In this document: positions 7,162 through 12,094 of the stretch, in pieces
Layout: every line of letters starts with the position of its first letter
Numbering within the stretch: the stretch's first letter is position 1
Assembly (NCBI GenBank): GCA_030649345.1
Contig: JAUSKK010000026.1
Span: 1-12,094, forward strand
Direction: 5' to 3'
DNA from: Candidatus Iainarchaeum sp.
GTDB lineage: Archaea > Iainarchaeota > Iainarchaeia > Iainarchaeales > 0-14-0-20-34-12
Length of the DNA stretch: 12,094 bases
The notes under the pieces: generated by a model
What the model saw: the letters and a program-made list of their open reading frames with translations, nothing else
The model's database searches: none
Told to the model about the DNA's origin: nothing
Program-made: the position numbers and the translations under genes

Positions 7162-8862
7162 TTATTCATTAGTATTAGCATCTTCAGAATTTGCATTTTT
7201 AAGTATAGGCAAAACATTACTGCCATTTTCACCAGCTTCACTGCATGCATTTTGTTTTGTAAAATATTTTTTAAAATTCTCAAAACCAAATTTTTTAATG
7301 CCAGTGTATTTTTTCTTCAAACCAGCTAACTTGGCTTCAGCACTGCTTAAACCAGAAGCCAATTGATTATGAAATATTTGTTTGCCCAGAGTATTGATTT
7401 CTGTACAGTCCATGGAAATATTAATTTTTTCGCATACATCCGCCAAAGGCTCGATTAACCCAGCAACTCCATTGCAAAACTCTTGGACATCTGCAGTCGT
7501 ATTCTTTAGCCAATCCATATACTGTTGGCCAGTATCAATGCCAGCATCTGAAGAACTTGATTCAAATTCATCCAAGGTATCACATATAATTGGAGAAGTA
7601 GCTGGTGTGTATGGCAAGTCATCAATTTCTTTGCCTAAGTCTGCATACGTTTCACCCACAGCAGCCCAAGCTGAATCCAAACCAGAATTGCATTCTTCAA
7701 ATTTTTTTTCCAATTCATTCAAATAAGCATTAATGTCAGCAGCAGAAGTATTCCAGGCACTGCAATCATCACTTGCGCTCGGTACAGGAAAAACAGGCAA
7801 TACAATATCTGTTTCTATAATTTCAGGACACGGCAATCCAGAATTGGTATCTAAGCCATCCTGCAAATTTTCTAAATCCAAAGAGCCTGCTGGAGTACTC
7901 AAATCAGGCACTGTTAAAAAACTCCACCACGGAGTTTCTGTACTAACTTCAGCCAAGGTTTCTGCATTCACTTTACTGACCACAGATATTTCCAATGGAA
8001 TAAACCACAATAATTTAACTTTTACAGTTTTTTCCACAGCATAAATAGGAAGATTATTTTCAACACTTACCGTTATCTTGGTTACTGTTTCATTTTCTGG
8101 AATCTGCTGTTCAAGTACACTATTTAAATTTTGTTCCAATTCCAATTTTTGGCTTCCAACCGAAAAAGAAAGCAAACCATTTTGAGTAACTTCAACAGTT
8201 TCATTCAACACAATATTGATTGAACGAATTAAACCATGCTGTTCTAAACTGACAACTTTTTGATGCACTCCAGCACTTATTTTTAATGTATCCAATCTTT
8301 TACTGAAGTCTTTTTCTTCCAATTCATTGCCTGCAGGCAAATCCAATTCACTTTGTGCATCAGTCTCTGTTTCTTCTTCAGGAAAACTTTGATCTAATTC
8401 AGGCAGATTAACCAGTGTATCAGACACATTTTCGTTGGGTGCATCAAAACCAGTCAGTTCATTTTCAACAGGTGCATTAAAATCATTCATTTCAGGTTCA
8501 ACAATTTCAACAACACTGCAAGCAGTAAAATCGGTATTGCAGCCAGAATTACAGACTTTGGAATTCCAATAAAAGCAACCGCCCATAAAAGGCTTGACTT
8601 TACCTGAAGAATAAAACACATTATTTTCACAATAATCTAAACAACCCAAAGCTTCGCGTTCTTCAACACAGCTTGTTTGCCCGCTGGTGCAGCCATATTC
8701 ACAAACAATTTCTTCTTCAAAAACACAGTCATTGCTGACTGGATCCACTTGGCCTCCGATGTAATGAATATTTTGATAACAATAATCATTGCACCCGCCA
8801 AAACCTGCAAAAACGGAAAGCGAAAATAAAACAAAAAACAAAACTAAAAAAAGTTTTTTCAT
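7162..8862 (-). CDS. Secreted Cys-rich orphan protein with two tandem 6-Cys modules, an acidic linker and a Cys-containing C-terminal domain
   Basis: Signal peptide MKKLFLVLFFVLFSLSVFAGFGGC is followed by two modules with identical spacing C-x3-C-x17-C-x7-C-x3-C-x6-C, then an E/D-rich linker. A central segment ending KVKLLWFIPLEISVVSKVNAETLAEV..TPWWSFL loosely resembles PepSY-like segments I recall from archaeal hypothetical proteins; this is a low-confidence recollection. TTTATATATT lies 20-29 nt upstream of the ATG. Confidence 0.7.
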   Translation of the reverse strand: MKKLFLVLFFVLFSLSVFAGFGGCNDYCYQNIHYIGGQVDPVSNDCVFEEEIVCEYGCTSGQTSCVEEREALGCLDYCENNVFYSSGKVKPFMGGCFYWNSKVCNSGCNTDFTACSVVEIVEPEMNDFNAPVENELTGFDAPNENVSDTLVNLPELDQSFPEEETETDAQSELDLPAGNELEEKDFSKRLDTLKISAGVHQKVVSLEQHGLIRSINIVLNETVEVTQNGLLSFSVGSQKLELEQNLNSVLEQQIPENETVTKITVSVENNLPIYAVEKTVKVKLLWFIPLEISVVSKVNAETLAEVSTETPWWSFLTVPDLSTPAGSLDLENLQDGLDTNSGLPCPEIIETDIVLPVFPVPSASDDCSAWNTSAADINAYLNELEKKFEECNSGLDSAWAAVGETYADLGKEIDDLPYTPATSPIICDTLDEFESSSSDAGIDTGQQYMDWLKNTTADVQEFCNGVAGLIEPLADVCEKINISMDCTEINTLGKQIFHNQLASGLSSAEAKLAGLKKKYTGIKKFGFENFKKYFTKQNACSEAGENGSNVLPILKNANSEDANTNE

Positions 8863-8881
8863 ACCAATATAAAAAATTCAA

Positions 8882-8891
8882 AATATATAAA
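8882..8891 (-). promoter_or_regulatory. TATA-box-like element upstream of the Cys-rich protein gene
   Basis: On the minus strand TTTATATATT spans about -29 to -20 relative to the ATG at 8862. No Shine-Dalgarno motif lies between. This is compatible with an archaeal-type promoter and a leaderless or near-leaderless mRNA. Confidence 0.3.
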
Positions 8892-8906
8892 CCCAATAGG
8901 CATGAT

Positions 8907-9060
8907 TAAGTGAATATACGCAGACATTAACGGAATTCTTTTACACTAGAATCGTGTGAATTAGTTCTAAAGTAAAGCAGGGAGTGTGAAAAAAATGGTT
9001 CTATATGGAGTAACTTTAGAATTCTGGATCAAAATAGTGGAAATAAAAAAAGGAAAATAA
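8907..9060 (+). pseudogene. Chimeric gene remnant: duplicated DUF1761 upstream region and first 8 codons fused in frame to the last 15 codons plus stop of an FKBP gene
   Basis: 8958-9020 aligns to 10379-10442 (DUF1761 upstream region plus ATG) at about 54 of 64 positions by hand, with weaker similarity back to about 8907 versus 10326. 9012-9060 aligns to 7093-7141 (FKBP 3' end including TAA) at 45/49. The two homologies overlap in aactttaga (9012-9020). The resulting mini-ORF at 8995-9060 encodes MVLYGVTLEFWIKIVEIKKGK. Confidence 0.8.
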
Positions 9061-9061
9061 A

Positions 9062-9072
9062 AAAATATATTA
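9062..9072 (+). promoter_or_regulatory. TATA-box-like element upstream of the lipoprotein gene at 9096
   Basis: AAAATATATTA spans about -34 to -24 relative to the ATG at 9096, with no Shine-Dalgarno motif. The geometry matches that of the 8882-8891 element. Confidence 0.3.
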
Positions 9073-9095
9073 ACTCAACCAGCCCAGTATATCTG

Positions 9096-10292
9096 ATGCA
9101 ATTCAAAAATAAATTAAATATCTTGATAACAGTTTTATTTCTTGTTTTCATTCAAGGCTGTACTCAAGACAACACTGTAATTGATTCTGTTGGAACTGAA
9201 AACAAAATAATTTTTATCGGACCTCAACTTCCTTTGGAAGGAATGTTAGGCGATTCTTTTAGTTATTCTTTTTGCAAGCCAGACTTAGAAGAATCAGGAA
9301 CAACGTGCGGAAGTCTAGAACCTGCAACCAATCCAATTGGAGGAAATCCACCGTATTCTTTTGTGTTAGGTTATGGCGCTGGATTATTGCCACCTGGAAT
9401 TAGATTAAATTTAAACGGATTACTAGAAGGCAATCCCTTGTTAGAAGGAAGTTATACTTTTGAAGTTTGCGCCAAAGATGCAATCCAAAACCAAGATTGT
9501 GAAATTGTAAACACGAATATTTCCAAAGCAGTTCTATTGACAGCAGAAATAACTGGGCAAGGAAGTGGATATTTACATATTGAATCTGATCCACCCATTG
9601 TAGATTGCAGTGATGAAACTCGGGCTTGTTATAGTTACAATCAAGGAGCAGAAGTAACTATGACGCCTGTGCCCAATGAAGGTTCTTTTTTTGAAACTTG
9701 GACAGGAGATTGTACTGGAACAGGAAATTGTACATTGATTATGGATTCAAGTAAAGATACAGAAGCAATTTTTTCAATCAATGAACCAGAAATAATTATG
9801 GATAATTCCACTGAAATCATAGAAGATGAAACTGAAATTCCGCCAGTTGAACCTGAACTAACATTAGCTGTTGAACCTACAGTCACAATTACTTCAGCTA
9901 GTTTAACGAATTGCAGGATTGATACCAGTGATTGGGATATGAGATACTGGACTTTGGCTGCAGAAGGAACTGCCAGCATGGATGCAATGGCAACAGGCTC
10001 GTTAAGTTTGACACCAAAAACAATAGACATAGATGACGGAGAAGCAGAATACCATGGAACCTATGAATTCAATTTAGACTGTGGTGTTTGGACACTCAAT
10101 GCTGAACCAGGATATTATGCAGATTGCAGAAGAGAAGAAGGAAATCCAACCAATACAACTTGGAGATTAACATATGAATCTACTGGAACCAATGTTCCCA
10201 AAACAATAATTGCACTTGCGAAAATTCACCCATATCCAAAAGATCAGCCTAAACAATATGCAGAAGCAGAACAAGTTGCAGGAAATTGTTAA
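9096..10292 (+). CDS. Surface lipoprotein with a He_PIG-like putative Ig domain and a divergent InlB B-repeat-like domain
   Basis: Signal peptide LNILITVLFLVFIQGCTQD carries the GCTQ lipobox. GGNPPYSFVLGYGAGLLPPGIRLNLNGLLEGNPLLEGSYTFEVCAKD fits the He_PIG pattern (PY.f.l....LPpGl.l...G.l.G.P...G.y.f.v...D). ITGQGSGYLHIESDPPIVDCSD..CYSYNQGAEVTMTPVPNEGSFFETWTGDCTGTGNCTLIMDSSKDTEAIF fits the bacterial/archaeal B-repeat pattern (G.G.v......C....y..g..v.l.a.p..g..F..W.G.C.g...C.v.m......a.F). The C-terminal ~150 aa are unassigned. Confidence 0.75.
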   Translation: MQFKNKLNILITVLFLVFIQGCTQDNTVIDSVGTENKIIFIGPQLPLEGMLGDSFSYSFCKPDLEESGTTCGSLEPATNPIGGNPPYSFVLGYGAGLLPPGIRLNLNGLLEGNPLLEGSYTFEVCAKDAIQNQDCEIVNTNISKAVLLTAEITGQGSGYLHIESDPPIVDCSDETRACYSYNQGAEVTMTPVPNEGSFFETWTGDCTGTGNCTLIMDSSKDTEAIFSINEPEIIMDNSTEIIEDETEIPPVEPELTLAVEPTVTITSASLTNCRIDTSDWDMRYWTLAAEGTASMDAMATGSLSLTPKTIDIDDGEAEYHGTYEFNLDCGVWTLNAEPGYYADCRREEGNPTNTTWRLTYESTGTNVPKTIIALAKIHPYPKDQPKQYAEAEQVAGNC

Positions 10293-10416
10293 AAAAAATA
10301 AAAATGACTGAAATTCAAAAAACAGTAAGTGAATCTAAACACAAGCCTTAAGGAAATATTTTTATAGAAGAACAATGCGAATTAATTCTAACATAAAATA
10401 TGGAGTGTGGAAAAAA

Positions 10417-10833
10417 ATGGTCTTATATGGAATAACTTTAGATTATGTGGCTGTTTTGGGTGCAGGTATTGCCAGCATGATTGCAGGATTTATTTGGTAC
10501 GGTCCATTGTTCGGAAAACTTTGGATGAAAGAAATGAAAATTGATTCCAAAAACATGGAAGGAATGAAAAAAGGAATGAGTACAAAGTATGCTTTAAGTT
10601 TGGCAGGCTCTTTGGTTATGGCAGTTATTTTAGGACATGTACTTCCCTTAATGCAGGCCATCACTTTAGTGGCAGGATTAACTGCAGGTTTTTGGATGTG
10701 GTTAGGCTTTATTGCACCTGTACAATTCACCGAAGTATTGTTTGGCGGAAAAAGCATGAAATTATTTGCATTAAATACAGGGCATCAGTTAGTTTCAGTT
10801 TTGGTCATGAGTGCAGTTTTGGTTTTAGTTTAA
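10417..10833 (+). CDS. DUF1761 family small integral membrane protein
   Basis: AGIASMIAGFIWYGPLFGKLWMKEM...MWLGFIAP...LFALNTGHQLVSVLVMSAVL matches the DUF1761 signature (GF.WY.P.LFGK.W, WLGF) and has four hydrophobic segments. I prefer the ATG at 10417 over the track start at 10375. In the duplicated copy of this upstream region (8958-8994) the equivalent of codon 2 is TGA and there is a 1-nt indel, so the stretch behaves as non-coding. Confidence 0.8.
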   Translation: MVLYGITLDYVAVLGAGIASMIAGFIWYGPLFGKLWMKEMKIDSKNMEGMKKGMSTKYALSLAGSLVMAVILGHVLPLMQAITLVAGLTAGFWMWLGFIAPVQFTEVLFGGKSMKLFALNTGHQLVSVLVMSAVLVLV

Positions 10834-10860
10834 AAAAATCAAAACTTTTTTTCTTTTTTT
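10832..10860. terminator. Possible bidirectional oligo-T terminator between convergent genes
   Basis: On the plus strand tttttttcttttttt (10846-10860) follows the DUF1761 stop. On the minus strand a T7 run (complement of 10832-10838) follows the DUF475 stop. There is no convincing hairpin. Oligo-T tracts of this kind terminate archaeal transcription. Confidence 0.3.
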
Positions 10861-11866
10861 AATTTTCTTTTGTTTGAATTTCAGGCAATACATTTTGCAA
10901 AGCTTTTTTGGATTTCCAGAAAAAGAATGCAATTACTGCAACTGTAATCACTGGAGAAACATATTGAGGAATATGCATTCCAAAACTGTCCAACAACATA
11001 ATGATTCCTAAAAAGAAAACAGAATACATGGCGCCATTTTTCAAATACTTGTATTTTTTAACGCGCTCAATATTGTGCACAGTAAATTCTCGGACAACAA
11101 AGGCTCCCAAACCGTTTCCTAAAATAATTAAAGGAACAGACAAAGTAAAAGCAAATGCTCCAACAACTCCATCAATGGAAAAAGTTGTGTCGATCACTTC
11201 CAAGTATAAAATTTTGCTCCAGTCACTCATGGGATGACCGCTTAAAAGTTCTTTTTCTTTGGCTTCAGCATTTTCTTTAAATCCATGCGTAATAAAAAAT
11301 GCAGTTGAACCAACCACTGCACCAAAAGCCATCATCGAATTTTTTTGAACCGCCAACCAAACAATGACTGTCAACAAAATAGATACAACTGCAAAAAACC
11401 ATATACTGTATTTTTGAATAACTTCTTCTCCTTTCAAACCATAATGTTTGGGTTCAATAAACAACCAATGCAAAAACAGGAATAGTAAAAAAATTCCTCC
11501 GGCAATCAATAAAATTGGCTTGGAAGCTTCCAAAGATTCTAAAACAATAGGATCTGAGCTAAAGGTTGCAGTCAAAGCCTGAATAGGCCCTAAAGAAGGA
11601 TTGGATAACCAGACAATCATCCAAGGCAATAGGCCGCGGACAGCAAATACTGCAAATAATAAACCCCAAAGCAAAAACCATTTTCTTGCACGAGCACTCA
11701 TAGTTCTTAGTACATCGGCATTAATGACTGCATTGTCAATCGAGGTAATGGTTTCAAATAAAGCCAAACCTAAAACAGTTAAAATAATAGGCCCAAAATC
11801 AAACATATATAAGAAAAACAATGATAAAAGATTTAAAAAGCAAACTTTAGTAATTAAATGATACAA
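10859..11866 (-). CDS. DUF475 (TerC-related) integral membrane protein
   Basis: LFETITSIDNAVINADVLRTMSARARKWFLLWGLLFAVFAVRGLLPWMIV matches the DUF475/TerC-type motif (E..lS.DNA.vNA..L..M...w...FL.wG.l.AvfgmR...P..iv). A second related motif, LEVIDTTFSIDGVVGAFA, occurs in the C-terminal half. The protein has many TM segments. An alternative start at 11806 (MFDFGPIIL) would leave a more plausible 83-nt divergent promoter region shared with sodN. Confidence 0.75.
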   Translation of the reverse strand: MYHLITKVCFLNLLSLFFLYMFDFGPIILTVLGLALFETITSIDNAVINADVLRTMSARARKWFLLWGLLFAVFAVRGLLPWMIVWLSNPSLGPIQALTATFSSDPIVLESLEASKPILLIAGGIFLLFLFLHWLFIEPKHYGLKGEEVIQKYSIWFFAVVSILLTVIVWLAVQKNSMMAFGAVVGSTAFFITHGFKENAEAKEKELLSGHPMSDWSKILYLEVIDTTFSIDGVVGAFAFTLSVPLIILGNGLGAFVVREFTVHNIERVKKYKYLKNGAMYSVFFLGIIMLLDSFGMHIPQYVSPVITVAVIAFFFWKSKKALQNVLPEIQTKEN

Positions 11867-11889
11867 AAATCAGGCAATACGGTGATTGA

Positions 11890-12094
11890 ATGAAAAAAGC
11901 AAATATTTTTGAAAAAATAGTCTTAAAAGGAATGAATTTAATTTCAAAACCAGAAAAGGTTTCTGCCCACTGCGATATCCCATGTGGAATCTATGAAACG
12001 GACAGCATGAAGCAGGCAGCTGAAACAGTATGCAAAATGATGGAAAAAATGAATGAATTGGAAAAAAACAAGCCCTCAGATCCGAAAGCAAAAC
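11890..12094 (+). CDS. sodN: Nickel-containing superoxide dismutase precursor, 5' part (continues beyond the window)
   Basis: Not in the ORF track because no stop falls within the window. Translation from the ATG at 11890 (GGTGA at 11881-11885) gives MKKANIFEKIVLKGMNLISKPEKVSA-HCDIPCGIYETDSMKQAAETVCKMMEKMNEL... The sequence KVSA/HCD[IL]PCG[IV]Y is the NiSOD propeptide cleavage site and nickel-hook motif (Streptomyces SodN: ...KVTVSAHCDLPCGVYDP). The 73-aa minus-strand ORF at 11870-12091 is its shadow. Confidence 0.9.
   Translation, partial: MKKANIFEKIVLKGMNLISKPEKVSAHCDIPCGIYETDSMKQAAETVCKMMEKMNELEKNKPSDPKAK

Noticed and set aside
10375-10416. The 14-codon N-terminal extension of the DUF1761 ORF (MRINSNIKYGVWKK).
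   Set aside because: The duplicated copy of this region at 8958-8994 has TGA at the equivalent second codon and a 1-nt indel, so the stretch evolves as non-coding. DUF1761 homology begins at the M of MVLYG.
5403-10442. A classical mobile element (IS, integrative element or integron cassette array) as the explanation for the repeat-bracketed genes.
   Set aside because: No transposase, integrase or recombinase ORF is present in any frame. There are no terminal inverted repeats and no attC-like palindromes. The repeats are copies of host coding-sequence ends of 26 to about 115 nt with variable divergence. The key junction is a head-to-tail fusion at microhomology, which fits illegitimate or additive recombination better. 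A recombinase encoded outside the window cannot be excluded.
531-12091. Seventeen short ORFs in the track lie antisense to or nested inside the large genes: 531-776, 2793-3032, 3303-3587, 3358-3621, 3365-3616, 3494-3694, 4414-4683, 6878-7078, 7382-7726, 7733-8044, 8637-8834, 9400-9594, 9641-10030, 10443-10757, 11001-11237, 11601-11861 and 11870-12091.
   Set aside because: Each lies entirely within a longer ORF that has recognisable domains or signal peptides. Their translations are low-complexity or Cys/Phe/Ser-rich with no motifs, as expected for shadow frames in AT-rich DNA. The ORF at 11870-12091 is the shadow of the clearly real sodN gene.
1-12094. CRISPR arrays, tRNA/rRNA genes and riboswitch-like structured intergenic regions.
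   Set aside because: No regularly spaced direct repeats are present. Intergenic regions (5403-5528, 6426-6715, 8863-9095, 10293-10416) are AT-rich without GC-rich stems or cloverleaf-compatible segments that I could find by eye. A covariance-model scan (tRNAscan-SE, Infernal) would be the decisive check.

Overview
AT-rich, gene-dense prokaryotic window. I recognise no rRNA, tRNA, CRISPR array, transposase or integrase. (i) Four tightly spaced co-directional genes for exported proteins lie at 2-3942: two paralogous DUF4352-like beta-sandwich proteins, a small lipoprotein, and a secreted protein with a C-terminal transglutaminase-like Cys-His-Asp core. They converge on a doubly membrane-anchored vWA (MIDAS) protein. 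(ii) Recognisable conserved genes are a short FKBP-type prolyl isomerase, a DUF1761 membrane protein, a DUF475/TerC-related membrane protein, and the 5' part of a nickel superoxide dismutase (sodN). The sodN gene is absent from the supplied ORF track because it runs off the window end. (iii) Three orphan genes are wedged between these: a very basic repeat protein, a Cys-rich secreted protein, and a He_PIG/B-repeat lipoprotein. The most unusual signal is structural. Each orphan gene is bracketed by direct repeats that copy the ends of the FKBP and DUF1761 genes. One of these is an in-frame DUF1761-5'::FKBP-3' chimeric remnant joined at a 9-bp microhomology (8995-9060). I read these as scars of serial, additive, apparently recombinase-independent gene acquisition at one hotspot, involving DNA from related but distinct lineages. 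Lineage is inference only. TATA-like boxes about 25 nt upstream of start codons, oligo-T tracts after genes, GGTGA/GGAGG ribosome-binding sites and many orphan surface proteins suggest an uncultivated small-genome archaeon (DPANN-like), but a bacterial origin is not excluded. All alignments and counts were done by hand on the printed sequence; no database search was possible.
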